Assembly (NCBI GenBank): GCA_963637205.1
Contig: CAVHNA010000003.1
Coordinates: 1-35,212 of the forward strand
Direction: 5' to 3'
DNA length: 35,212 nucleotides
DNA from: Bacteroidaceae bacterium
GTDB lineage: Bacteria; Bacteroidota; Bacteroidia; Bacteroidales; Bacteroidaceae
Shown here: positions 8,315 through 17,327 of the stretch, one piece after another
Position numbering within the stretch: the stretch's first letter is position 1
Layout of the letters: every line of letters starts with the position of its first letter
Made by a program: the position numbers and the translations under genes
The notes under the pieces: model-generated
What the model was told of the DNA's origin: nothing
Databases searched by the model: none
The model's input: only the letters and a program-made list of their open reading frames with translations

Positions 8315-11300
8315 CCGTTTTTCAGAGTGCCTATCCTTTCCAGCGTCGCCACGGCATCCTCCACTGTGGGTATATCCGTGATGAGCAGGCTGCGCTTGCC
8401 TTTCTTCTCTTCCAGACGAGAGATATGGGGGAACGAGGTGGCGAAGGTTATTATACGGCCGAACGCTTCGCTCTGGTAGAAAGGACTGTCGTCGGACGAG
8501 ACGAAGTACATCCTCATCCTGCAGTTCTTAAGTATTATGCGTTCGCAGGCGTACTGCTTTCCCAGACGGCGTAGCGAGACTACCCTTATGAGTTCTTCTC
8601 CCTCGGGAGGTATGTCGCCGAAGCGGTCTTTCATCCTTTGCCTGAATTTCTCCACGTCTTCTTCTTTCTCCAGTCCGTCCAGCTCTCTGTAGAGCAACAT
8701 GCGTTCGCTGCATGTGGGCACGTACTCCTCGCTGAACGACATGGGTATGTCGCTCTCCACCAGACACTCGTCCACATAGTCGAACTTCCCTGCCATTTCC
8801 GACGCTTTGGCGTCTTCGCCGTACAACAGACTGAACTCGTCGTTGCGCAACTCGTTTACCGCTTGCGACAGTATCTTCTGGTAGGTCTCGTAGCCCAGGT
8901 CGGCTATGAACCCACTCTGTTCCGCTCCCAGCATGTTGCCCGCCCCTCGTATGTCCAGGTCTTGCATGGCTATGTGTATGCCGCTGCCCAGGTCGGAGAA
9001 CTCCTCTATGGCTTGCAGCCGTCGCCTGCTCTCCACGCTGAGCGACGCCAACGGTGGGGCGAGAAGATAGCAGAACGCCTTGCGGTGCGAACGCCCGACC
9101 CTGCCTCTCATCTGGTGGAGGTCGGAGAGTCCGAAGTTGTTGGCTCCGTTTATGATGATGGTATTGGCGTTGGGTATGTCCAGTCCGCTCTCTATGATTG
9201 TGGTGGATACCAGCACATCGTAGTCGTAGTGGGCGAAGCCGAGCATAACCTTTTCCAGCTCTTCCGCCGGCATCTGTCCGTGTCCCACCGCCACACGTGC
9301 GTCGGGGACGTACTTTCGTATCATGTCGGCAAGCTCGTAGAGACGGCCTATCCTGTTGTTGATGAAGAACACCTGTCCGCCCCTACTCATCTCGAAGCCC
9401 ACCGCCTCGGCTATCACCTCTGCGCTGAAGGTGGTTATCTGTGTCTGTATGGGGTGACGGTTGGGTGGCGGTGTCTGTATCACGCTGAGGTCTCTCGCTC
9501 CCATAAGGCTGAACTGCAGCGTACGCGGTATGGGAGTGGCGGTGAGGGTCAGCGTGTCCACGTTGTTCTTCATCTGCCGCAGTTTCTCCTTGGTGCTCAC
9601 GCCGAACTTCTGCTCCTCGTCTATTATCAGCAGCCCAAGGTCGTGGAAGTGTACGTTCTTGCCTACCAGCTTGTGCGTACCCACCACTATGTTTATCTCG
9701 CCCATCTTCAGTCCTTCCATGATGCGCTTCGTCTCCGTGGCGGTACGCGCGCGTGTCAGGTAGTCCACCTTGACGGGGAAGTTGGCGAGTCTCTCGCTGA
9801 AGGTTCTGAAGTGCTGGTACGCGAGCACCGTGGTAGGCACCAGCACGGCCACCTGCTTGTTGTCGGCGCAGGCTTTGAAGGCGGCGCGTATGGCTACCTC
9901 CGTCTTGCCGAAGCCTACGTCGCCGCATACCAGCCTGTCCATGGGGTGTGCGCTCTCCATGTCGGCTTTCACGTCTTGCGTAGCTTTCAGTTGGTCGGGG
10001 GTGTCTTCGTACAGGAAGCTGGCCTCCAGCTCGTGCTGCATGAAGCTGTCCGGACTGAACTGGAACCCTTTCTCCTGCCGGCGTGCGGAATAGAGTTTTA
10101 TGAGGTCGCGCGCTATGTCCTTTATCTTGGCCTTGGTGCGTTCCTTCATCTTCTCCCACGCTCCTGTGCCGAGGGTGCTTATCCGTGGTGGCTCTCCTTC
10201 CTTGCCCTTGTATTTCGAGACTTTGTGCAGCGAGTTGATGGACACGAAGACTACGTCATCGTTGTTGTATATTATCTTTATGACTTCCTGCATCTTGTCT
10301 CCGCACGGTATGCGCACCAGTCCGCCGAAGCGCCCCACTCCGTGGTCTATATGCACCACATAGTCGCCTATCTCGAACTGTTGTAGCTCTTTCAACGTGA
10401 GTGCCACCTTGCCGTTGTGTGTCCGCTCGCTGCGTAGGTTGTACTTGTGGAAGCGGTCGAAGATCTGGTGGTCGGTGAAGAAGCATGCCTTCAGTTGGTC
10501 GTCCACATACCCTTCGTGTATCGTCTTGTCCACCGGAGTGAACGTGATGTCGGTGTCGCTGTCCTCGAAGATGCTTTTCAGTCGTGCCGTCTGTTTCTCG
10601 CTGTCCGCCAGTATGTAGAGGCGCATCCCGTCCTTGAGGAACGACGAGAACGAGGACTTGAGGAGGTCGAAGTTCTTGTGGAACGAGGGTTGCGGATGCG
10701 TGGAGAAACGTATGCTCTTGTCGTTGTCCGTGGATGTGGGGGAGAAGTAGACGTGACGGAAGTCTTTCATCTGACGGTTGAACACGGACGGGTCTACCAG
10801 TGTGTCTTCCTTCACCAGCGTCTGTTGGTTGGCCTCGTTTTCCTTCTGCGCCTGGAACGAGAAGCCTTCGTCCCATATCCGTTGCATGGTGTCGGCGATA
10901 TAGGTGCTGTCCCTCATCATCAGCACGCTGTCCTGCGGGATGAAGGAGAGTATGGATGTCCGCTCTTCCTTTTCGTCGTTCATCTCGGGCACTATGCTTA
11001 TGCAGTCAAGGCGTTCCCTGCTGAGCTGCGTCTCCACTTCGAACGTGCGTATGCTGTCCACCTCGTCACCGAAGAAGTCGATGCGGTATGGCAGTTCGTG
11101 CGAGAAGGAGTACACGTCTATGATGCTGCCGCGCACCGAATACTGTCCCGGCTCGTACACGTAGTCGGTACGTGTGAAGCCGAAGCTGGCGAGGGTCTCC
11201 TGCACGAACATCACGTCCACCATCTCTCCTTTGTGCAGTTGCAGTGTCTTGTCCGATAGGGTGCTCCTGGTCACCACCTTCTCCGCCAGTGCCTGCGGAT

Positions 11301-11685
11301 GTGTCACCACTATGAGAGGCAGCTTGCCGGAGGTCAGTGAGTAGAGCGTCTCAGTGCGCAGTATCTCGCTGCCGGCGTCGCGCTGTCCATACTTTATGGC
11401 GCGCTTGAACGAACTTGGGAAGAACAGCATCGTGTCGCCGCCGAGGGTTTGCGTCAGGTCGTGGTACAGGTAGCCTGCGGAGTCCTCGTCTTCCGCTATC
11501 AGCACCCACGGCGAATGCGCCGCCTTGCCGTATTTGTCCGCCAGAGTGGCTGTCACCATGGCGGCCGCGCTCGGCAGCAGGCCGCTGACTTCTATGGGGT
11601 CGCCGCCCCCTGCGTCCAGCCTCTCGGCGAACTGTTTTACGCTTGGGTGCAGGGCGTAAAGGGTGAGTATCTCCTGTATCTTCAT
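8311..11685 (-). CDS. mfd: Transcription-repair coupling factor
   Basis: 1124 aa with a UvrB-homology N-terminus and a CarD-like RNAP-interaction segment. SF2 helicase motifs are GDVGFGKTEVA and LLIIDEEQKFG. A C-terminal TRCF domain is present. Confidence 0.97.
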   Translation of the reverse strand: MKIQEILTLYALHPSVKQFAERLDAGGGDPIEVSGLLPSAAAMVTATLADKYGKAAHSPWVLIAEDEDSAGYLYHDLTQTLGGDTMLFFPSSFKRAIKYGQRDAGSEILRTETLYSLTSGKLPLIVVTHPQALAEKVVTRSTLSDKTLQLHKGEMVDVMFVQETLASFGFTRTDYVYEPGQYSVRGSIIDVYSFSHELPYRIDFFGDEVDSIRTFEVETQLSRERLDCISIVPEMNDEKEERTSILSFIPQDSVLMMRDSTYIADTMQRIWDEGFSFQAQKENEANQQTLVKEDTLVDPSVFNRQMKDFRHVYFSPTSTDNDKSIRFSTHPQPSFHKNFDLLKSSFSSFLKDGMRLYILADSEKQTARLKSIFEDSDTDITFTPVDKTIHEGYVDDQLKACFFTDHQIFDRFHKYNLRSERTHNGKVALTLKELQQFEIGDYVVHIDHGVGRFGGLVRIPCGDKMQEVIKIIYNNDDVVFVSINSLHKVSKYKGKEGEPPRISTLGTGAWEKMKERTKAKIKDIARDLIKLYSARRQEKGFQFSPDSFMQHELEASFLYEDTPDQLKATQDVKADMESAHPMDRLVCGDVGFGKTEVAIRAAFKACADNKQVAVLVPTTVLAYQHFRTFSERLANFPVKVDYLTRARTATETKRIMEGLKMGEINIVVGTHKLVGKNVHFHDLGLLIIDEEQKFGVSTKEKLRQMKNNVDTLTLTATPIPRTLQFSLMGARDLSVIQTPPPNRHPIQTQITTFSAEVIAEAVGFEMSRGGQVFFINNRIGRLYELADMIRKYVPDARVAVGHGQMPAEELEKVMLGFAHYDYDVLVSTTIIESGLDIPNANTIIINGANNFGLSDLHQMRGRVGRSHRKAFCYLLAPPLASLSVESRRRLQAIEEFSDLGSGIHIAMQDLDIRGAGNMLGAEQSGFIADLGYETYQKILSQAVNELRNDEFSLLYGEDAKASEMAGKFDYVDECLVESDIPMSFSEEYVPTCSERMLLYRELDGLEKEEDVEKFRQRMKDRFGDIPPEGEELIRVVSLRRLGKQYACERIILKNCRMRMYFVSSDDSPFYQSEAFGRIITFATSFPHISRLEEKKGKRSLLITDIPTVEDAVATLERIGTLKNG

Positions 11686-11710
11686 CTCGTTGGCGTCGCC
11701 GGCCTTCCGG

Positions 11711-13969
11711 TCATTGTATTGTCTTTAGGAACTCCTCCGCCTTTTGTATGGTGTCTTGCTTGCCTACGTCCAGTATGCGCAGTCCTGGCTGTATGTATCC
11801 GTATATGTTCTCCTTGTCACACACGCTGAGGTAGAAGTCTATGATGGAGAACTTGTCGGGGAAACCGTCGAAATAACGGAACAGCCTTGGATGCATGTAG
11901 TGGATGCCGGCAAAAGCCAGATGGCGGTATTTCGTCACGTCCAGCAGCGGATAGGGGCTCTTCACCTCACCGGTCTGCACGTTGGCCCATCCCACCAGGC
12001 GCATATCGTCGTCGAACAGCAGGTAACGGTTTGTCTGTCTCTCGGACACGAGCAGTGTGGCGGCCTTGCCTGTGGCGTATGCCGTGAAGGCTCTCAGGTC
12101 GGCGTTGCTCAGTATGTCCACGTTGTGTATCAGGAAACCGTCCTGCGCGTCGTGCAGCAGCGGCGCGGCGTGCTTCACGCCACCTCCTGTCTCCAGCAGT
12201 TCGGCGCGTTCGTCGGAGAACCATACGTTCATGTCCTTGGCGTGCTCGGCGCACCAGTCCTCTATCATGTCGGCGAAATGATGTACGTTCACCACCACGT
12301 CTCTGTAGCCCGACTCTTTTAGCTTCTCCAGCAGGTGCTGCAGCAGCGGCTTGCCTGCCACTGGCACGAGTGCCTTGGGCATGCTGTCTGTCAGTGGACG
12401 TAGCCTTGTGCCGAGTCCGGCTGCGAATATCATGCAGCGTGCCGCGGCGAAGGTTTGCGTGATGCCTTGTTCGCGGTGGCATACGTGTACCTCTATGCCG
12501 AACTTCCTGTGTATGTGCTCCGCCAGATGCTGTGCGCTGTACACGCTCCTGTGCTGTCCTCCGGTGCATCCGAAGGAGAACATGAGGTTGGTAAAGCCGC
12601 GCTGTATATATCGCTGTATGTGTGCGTCAGCCAGGTTGTACACGCTCTCCAGGAAGGTGAGTATCTCTCCGTCGTCCTCCAGGAAGCGTATCACCGGCTC
12701 GTCCAGACCTGTCATCTTCTTGTATGGCTCGTAGCGTCCGGGGTTGTGCGTGCTCCTGCAGTCAAAGACGTAACCTCCGCCGTTGCCGCTTTTGTCCTCG
12801 GGTATGCCTTTCTTGTAGGAGAAGCTGAAGATGCGCACTACCAGAGGCCCTTTGCCGTCGTAGCGACTGAACGTGGCGGGACCGTCGGAGGGATGTGCTG
12901 GATAGGGGTTGTACTCGGTGGTCTTGAATCCGTCCGCTCTCTCCACCGGCTTCTCGGGCTCGGGCTGGAACTGGGGCAACGCCACCATGGCGGAGAGTAC
13001 CTCGCGCAGGTAGGGATACGGACAGCCGTCGTCGTTGAGGAGCTCTCTCAGGTTGGCTATCGCTGGCGGTATGCTTTCCAGGAAGTGCTTCTTGCGTTCG
13101 AAGTATCCTCTGAAGCCGTAGGCTCCCAGCACTTGCAGCAGACGGAAGATGACGCATAGCCGCAGCCCTTGGCGGAACTCTTTCTCGTTCACCTCCATGT
13201 AGAACTTCAGGTTTTCCACATAGGTGCTTATGAGTTCAGTGCGTAGTGAGGCGGAGTATTTGGCGGAGGCTTGCCACAGGAAGCTTGCCACGTCGTACTG
13301 CACGGGTCCGCGCCTGCCGCCTTGGAAGTCTATGAAGTAGGGGTTGCCGTCTTGGTCGAGCATCACGTTGCGCGCTTGGAAGTCGCGGTACATGAACGTC
13401 TCTCCGGGTATGTTCACTATGTCCCTGGCCATCAACTTGAAGGCTGCTTCCAGTTTCAACTCGTGGAAGTCTATGCCTGTAGCTTTCAGGAAGCAGTACT
13501 TGAAGTAGTTGAGGTCGAACAGCACGTTCGTCTCGTCCAGGCTCTCCTGGGGGTAGCAGTTGGAGAAGTCGAGTCCTCTCGCTCCCTTCACCTGTATCTT
13601 GGGCAGTATGGCAATGGTGCGGTGCAGCAGGTCTTTCTCTTTCTGCGTATATCTGCCGCCGGAGTCCCTGCCGCCTTTCAGCGCGTCGTAGAGCGACAGG
13701 TCGCCGAGGTCGGTCTGCAGGTATCTGAGGCCGTCCTCCGACTGCGCCACCACCGTCGGCACCGGCAGGTGTCGCATTGCGAAGTGGTCCGCCAGGTATA
13801 TGAAGGCGTGGTTCTCGTCCCTGCTCGTCCCTATCACGCCTATCAGCGTGGTTCCGTCCGACCCTTGCAGACGGTAGTATTTCCGGTTGCTGCCGGCTCC
13901 GGGCAGTGGGTCGCACGAGACGATGTTGAGCTTGGTAGTTTCTCTGTATAGTTGTTTCAGTTGTTCCAT
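11711..13969 (-). CDS. Three-domain fusion: AmgK-like anomeric sugar kinase (APH fold), RapZ C-terminal-type domain, and MurU-like sugar-1-phosphate nucleotidyltransferase
   Basis: One uninterrupted 752-aa frame from the ATG at 13969 (MEQLKQLYRE...).
- aa 1-335 (nt 12965..13969): GAGSNRKYYR, catalytic MYRDFQARNVML and FIDFQG, as in AmgK/APH kinases.
- aa ~375-502 (nt 12464..12847): VRIFSFSYKKGIPED...YVFDCRSTHNPGRYEPYKKMTGLDEPVIRFLE...FGCTGGQHRSVYSAQHLAEHI. This is co-linear with the E. coli RapZ C-terminal domain (SFGFKYGIP..., DVRFLPNP, MTGLD.PV..FL, GCTGGKHRSV).
- aa ~512-752 (nt 11714..12436): MIFAAGLGTRLRPLTDSMPKALVPVAGKPLL, the NTP-transferase signature.
The 52-codon upstream extension in the ORF track overlaps the permease gene and is rejected. 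Confidence 0.85.
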   Translation of the reverse strand: MEQLKQLYRETTKLNIVSCDPLPGAGSNRKYYRLQGSDGTTLIGVIGTSRDENHAFIYLADHFAMRHLPVPTVVAQSEDGLRYLQTDLGDLSLYDALKGGRDSGGRYTQKEKDLLHRTIAILPKIQVKGARGLDFSNCYPQESLDETNVLFDLNYFKYCFLKATGIDFHELKLEAAFKLMARDIVNIPGETFMYRDFQARNVMLDQDGNPYFIDFQGGRRGPVQYDVASFLWQASAKYSASLRTELISTYVENLKFYMEVNEKEFRQGLRLCVIFRLLQVLGAYGFRGYFERKKHFLESIPPAIANLRELLNDDGCPYPYLREVLSAMVALPQFQPEPEKPVERADGFKTTEYNPYPAHPSDGPATFSRYDGKGPLVVRIFSFSYKKGIPEDKSGNGGGYVFDCRSTHNPGRYEPYKKMTGLDEPVIRFLEDDGEILTFLESVYNLADAHIQRYIQRGFTNLMFSFGCTGGQHRSVYSAQHLAEHIHRKFGIEVHVCHREQGITQTFAAARCMIFAAGLGTRLRPLTDSMPKALVPVAGKPLLQHLLEKLKESGYRDVVVNVHHFADMIEDWCAEHAKDMNVWFSDERAELLETGGGVKHAAPLLHDAQDGFLIHNVDILSNADLRAFTAYATGKAATLLVSERQTNRYLLFDDDMRLVGWANVQTGEVKSPYPLLDVTKYRHLAFAGIHYMHPRLFRYFDGFPDKFSIIDFYLSVCDKENIYGYIQPGLRILDVGKQDTIQKAEEFLKTIQ

Positions 13970-15156
13970 ATTTTCTTGATACGTGTGTAAATGGCTATGG
14001 CGTTGGCAGCTCCCACCGCCAGCAGCATCACCGTCCCTGTGCACAGCGCGGCTGACATGCCGCCTTCGTTCATGTTGGGGAACAGGTTCCACAGGGCTTC
14101 CATATACAGGCAGCGAACCTTCCATAGCAGCAGGGCGGCCAACAGGAAGACGGCGACGTTCACCACCAGGGAGATGGTCTGGTATGGCAGCGACACCTCA
14201 AACGGGGTGTAGCCTATCAGCATGAGGTTGCGTACCTTCTCCATGTTCTTCTGCAACAGCAGGAAGATGCTGAGCATCAGTATGTAGAGGGACAATACGC
14301 TGATGAGCAGGCCTATCGCCGCCACGGTCGTCGCCACTACCTTCAAGAAGTACGTGGTCCTGCCTTCGGACAACTTGTCGTCTTCCAACTCCAGACTGTG
14401 GCTCTCCATGTACCGCACTATGGCGTCGTCCGCCGGGTTGTTCACTTCCACTATCAGACGGTTGGGACTCTGCTTGGCGTCGGTGGCGAGCTCTGCGTTG
14501 CTCCATTCTATGAACGACATGGGCACCAGCACGGTGTTCAGCCTTGTGCTGAAACCCACTACCTTGCCTGCGAGACGTAGCTCTCTACCGTTGCCGTTCA
14601 ACCGTATGTCCAGGTTCACCGCGCTTGCCACTGACTCTGATATCTTGGGCAGCGACTGGCTGCTGGCGAAACCGAAGTTGTACAGCGAGAGGTACGACTT
14701 GGGCAGTATGATGGGCACGGTGTTGTCGCCAGGGTTGTACGTCCACTTGCTCAGGTCAGTGTCTATGTAGGAGTCGGGCACGCTCTCGAAGAACATGTCG
14801 GTGCCCATGTTCATCATGCCTCCCACTCCCACGCTGCAGTAGACCTTGTAGCCGCTGGCGGTGAACTTGCCCACCGAACGGCAGAACGGTTGTCCTTCCA
14901 GTTCCTTTATCTCTTCGTCGGAGAAGGAGGTGTTCTCGTCTCCCAACAGGCTGCTCACCGTAGACACCTGTTTGGAGACTATGATGTATTGCTTGCCTAC
15001 TATGGCGTCGTCGCCTTGGAAGAAGGGCAGCACGTCGCTGTATATCTGCACGCTCAGCATCACTATGAACATGCCTGTCAGACTGGCGAAGAAGAAGCCC
15101 GCCAACTGCCCTGCGCTGACGTGCCTGCGTAGCAGTTTCCACACTAATGCGTTCAT
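13957..15156 (-). CDS. ABC transporter permease, FtsX/MacB-type (1 TM, large extracytoplasmic domain, 3 TM)
   Basis: 399 aa. An N-terminal TM helix (FFFASLTGMFIVMLSV) is followed by a ~230-aa soluble region and three C-terminal TM helices. The ATG overlaps the upstream ATPase stop (ATGA). Confidence 0.8.
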   Translation of the reverse strand: MNALVWKLLRRHVSAGQLAGFFFASLTGMFIVMLSVQIYSDVLPFFQGDDAIVGKQYIIVSKQVSTVSSLLGDENTSFSDEEIKELEGQPFCRSVGKFTASGYKVYCSVGVGGMMNMGTDMFFESVPDSYIDTDLSKWTYNPGDNTVPIILPKSYLSLYNFGFASSQSLPKISESVASAVNLDIRLNGNGRELRLAGKVVGFSTRLNTVLVPMSFIEWSNAELATDAKQSPNRLIVEVNNPADDAIVRYMESHSLELEDDKLSEGRTTYFLKVVATTVAAIGLLISVLSLYILMLSIFLLLQKNMEKVRNLMLIGYTPFEVSLPYQTISLVVNVAVFLLAALLLWKVRCLYMEALWNLFPNMNEGGMSAALCTGTVMLLAVGAANAIAIYTRIKKIWNN

Positions 15157-15815
15157 AGTCGTAATGTCTTGTTGTAGGGAAGGTTCGGATGTCTGCCTAC
15201 ACTGGTTATCACTATAGCTGCTCCCTGCTTGCTTGCCTCTTCAGTCAGCAGTCGGCATATCGTCTCGGAGTTGGTGTCGTCGAGGTGGCTTATGGGCTCG
15301 TCGGCGAAGAGGAAGTCGAACGGTTGGCATACCGAACGTATCAGCGCCACGCGCTGTTGCTGTCCTATGCTCATCAGTCCTGCCTTAGTGTCTGCCTTGT
15401 CCGCTATGCCTGTCGCCTCCAGCATCTCCATTATCTCCTTGCGTGTCTTGTGCCTTGTCAGACGGTTCTTTATCTCCACGTTCTCGTATGCCGTCAGCTC
15501 GGGGAAGAGGCGCAGCTCTTGCCACAGCAGGCTTATGTGCGTACGTCTCACGTCCGTCCATCCTCTCACGCCAAGGTCTCTGGCGTTGGTGTCGCCGAAG
15601 AGTATGTCGCCTTGGTAGTCGTGGCGGTAGCCTGTCACGAAGCTGCACAGCGAACTTTTCCCGGCTCCGCTGGCGGCCTCTATCAGGCAGATGTCGCCGC
15701 GTGTCAACTTCACTTCTTTCCTCCACACCTCGCTGTCCGTGTCACGGTCGGCGAACACGTCGGGCAGCAGGTTGCGCAGTGTTATGGTTTCCGTTTTCTT
15801 TTCTCTCGGGTTCAA
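15153..15815 (-). CDS. ABC transporter ATP-binding protein (partner of the FtsX-type permease); apparent TTG start
   Basis: Walker A ASGAGKSS, signature MSIGQQQR, Walker B FLFADEP, H-loop ITSVGRH. There is no in-frame ATG upstream of the Walker A motif. The ORF opens with TTG at 15815, preceded by AAGGAGAGA. Confidence 0.85.
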   Translation of the reverse strand: MNPREKKTETITLRNLLPDVFADRDTDSEVWRKEVKLTRGDICLIEAASGAGKSSLCSFVTGYRHDYQGDILFGDTNARDLGVRGWTDVRRTHISLLWQELRLFPELTAYENVEIKNRLTRHKTRKEIMEMLEATGIADKADTKAGLMSIGQQQRVALIRSVCQPFDFLFADEPISHLDDTNSETICRLLTEEASKQGAAIVITSVGRHPNLPYNKTLRL

Positions 15816-15835
15816 TGTTGCGTCTCTCCTTGTCT

Positions 15836-17266
15836 TTATTTCTTCATCAGGTCCTTCGCCACGTCCTTCACCGGCGTGTCGAGCGTGAGGTTCAGTCTTA
15901 GCTTGGTGTCCATGTCGGACATGATGTCGAGTCTCTCCATCTTGTCCAGGGCGGCGTACACGCTGAGGTCCGCGCCTATCATCAGCAGCGACGGCGCAGC
16001 CGCCTTCATGGCTTTCTTTAGGTCCAGCGAGGCGTAGAGCCTGTACTTCCCTATCTCCGCCTCTTTGTCCATAACTTCCTTGTGCAGGGTGCGTTCCTTC
16101 GTGTCGCCTACGAGGGCGGCGTTGTTGGTTACGTACAGCAACTTGTCCCTGACACCGAACGACAGCGGCACGCCTGCCGCTTGGAGGGTGTACTCCGTGG
16201 GCGACTTCTTCGTGGCCTGCAGGGCGAGGGCGGCGAGGTCGGATGCCGTGTCTCCTGTCCTTGCGAAGCTGTCGTCGTTTACCTTGGCTGCGAAGAGGTA
16301 GTCGGCTCCCATGGCGGTGGTGTTGTCAAGGGAGAAGGTCATCCTGCCGTCCACCGACTCCATCATGCCTTTCGTGTCTATGAAGGCTTGCGCCATCTGC
16401 AACCAGGCCTTCGCTTCCTCGCTCTCCTGCAGTGCGCCTGCCAACTTCCCTCCGTCTACGTTTATAGCCATCCAGAATGTTGGGGAGGGAGGCAGGAAGA
16501 GGTCGCCTACTTTGTTGATGGGCAACATGAAGCTGTGCAGTCCTTTCAGTGCTTCTTTTATCTTCTTGTCTGCCGTGGAGATGCCTGTGTCCAGCGTTAT
16601 GGTCTTGTCGTGTATCTCTACCTTAGTGGACAGCAGTACCTTCGAAAGGTCTACCGCTGTCGGGAAGTCACCGGCTATCGTCCTTACCGTGTTTTGCAGC
16701 ACGCTGCCCGACGAGATGACGGCTAACGGTGCGTCGTTGTCCAGCGATGCCAGCAGGGCGGCAGGGCGTGTGTCTTTGTTCATCAGCTTGTACATGTTGC
16801 CGAGCAGACGGTCTTCGTCGCCTTTGTCGCCGATGAGTGCGGCCAGCAGTCGCTCGTCGTCGTAGCAGCATATCCACTTGTCCGCCTCTGCCCAGTGCAG
16901 GCCTCGCTTGGACGAGGTCTCCATGCCTTTGCTTGCCAGTGTCTTCTCCAGTGCGGAGGCGTCTTTGATCTTCATCACCGCTCCTGCGGTGTTGTCGCCT
17001 GCCACGAAACCGTATATGTCGGAGGTCAGGTCCAGTCCGCTTTCCTTCAGCCAACTGTCTTGCAGCGTCTCGTCCACCAGGTCTTCTATGCCCAGTTGCT
17101 TCACCGCTGCCGCTGGACGCAGCACGGCCACTGCCTTGGAGTCGTCTGGTATAGCGTCTGTGTACTGGTGTGTCTTCTTGCCGTTCAGCCACACTGCCAC
17201 AGCCACGGCTATCGCGGCCACAGCGCATATAGCTATCGCTACCGTTTTCTTTTTTGTATTTTCCAT
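15836..17266 (-). CDS. N-terminally anchored exported protein of unknown function (possibly DUF4836 family)
   Basis: Start chosen at MENTKKKTVAIAICAVAAIAVAVAVWL (ATG at 17266). It has one N-terminal TM/signal anchor and then a ~450-aa soluble region. It is first in the run with the ABC pair. The family assignment is from memory only. Confidence 0.6.
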   Translation of the reverse strand: MENTKKKTVAIAICAVAAIAVAVAVWLNGKKTHQYTDAIPDDSKAVAVLRPAAAVKQLGIEDLVDETLQDSWLKESGLDLTSDIYGFVAGDNTAGAVMKIKDASALEKTLASKGMETSSKRGLHWAEADKWICCYDDERLLAALIGDKGDEDRLLGNMYKLMNKDTRPAALLASLDNDAPLAVISSGSVLQNTVRTIAGDFPTAVDLSKVLLSTKVEIHDKTITLDTGISTADKKIKEALKGLHSFMLPINKVGDLFLPPSPTFWMAINVDGGKLAGALQESEEAKAWLQMAQAFIDTKGMMESVDGRMTFSLDNTTAMGADYLFAAKVNDDSFARTGDTASDLAALALQATKKSPTEYTLQAAGVPLSFGVRDKLLYVTNNAALVGDTKERTLHKEVMDKEAEIGKYRLYASLDLKKAMKAAAPSLLMIGADLSVYAALDKMERLDIMSDMDTKLRLNLTLDTPVKDVAKDLMKK

Positions 17267-17327
17267 ATATGCGGATATGTGCTGTATGTGTATATTTGTC
17301 TGTATGGTCACCCTTGTCTAACGTGCC

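Noticed and set aside
13970-14125. 52-codon N-terminal extension of the kinase-RapZ-MurU ORF. The track ORFs starting at 21300, 24482, 29951, 17311 and 18173 have similar extensions.
   Set aside because: The extensions overlap or run antisense through neighbouring genes. They are compositionally odd (Arg/His-rich). In each case they precede an internal ATG that gives a sensible N-terminus, either a signal peptide or an alignable family start.
17291-17298. Plus-strand TATATTTG (TAnnTTTG match) in the junction between two minus-strand genes
   Set aside because: It would drive transcription antisense to rsmE. The junction is AT-rich, so a chance match is likely, and there is no -33 element.
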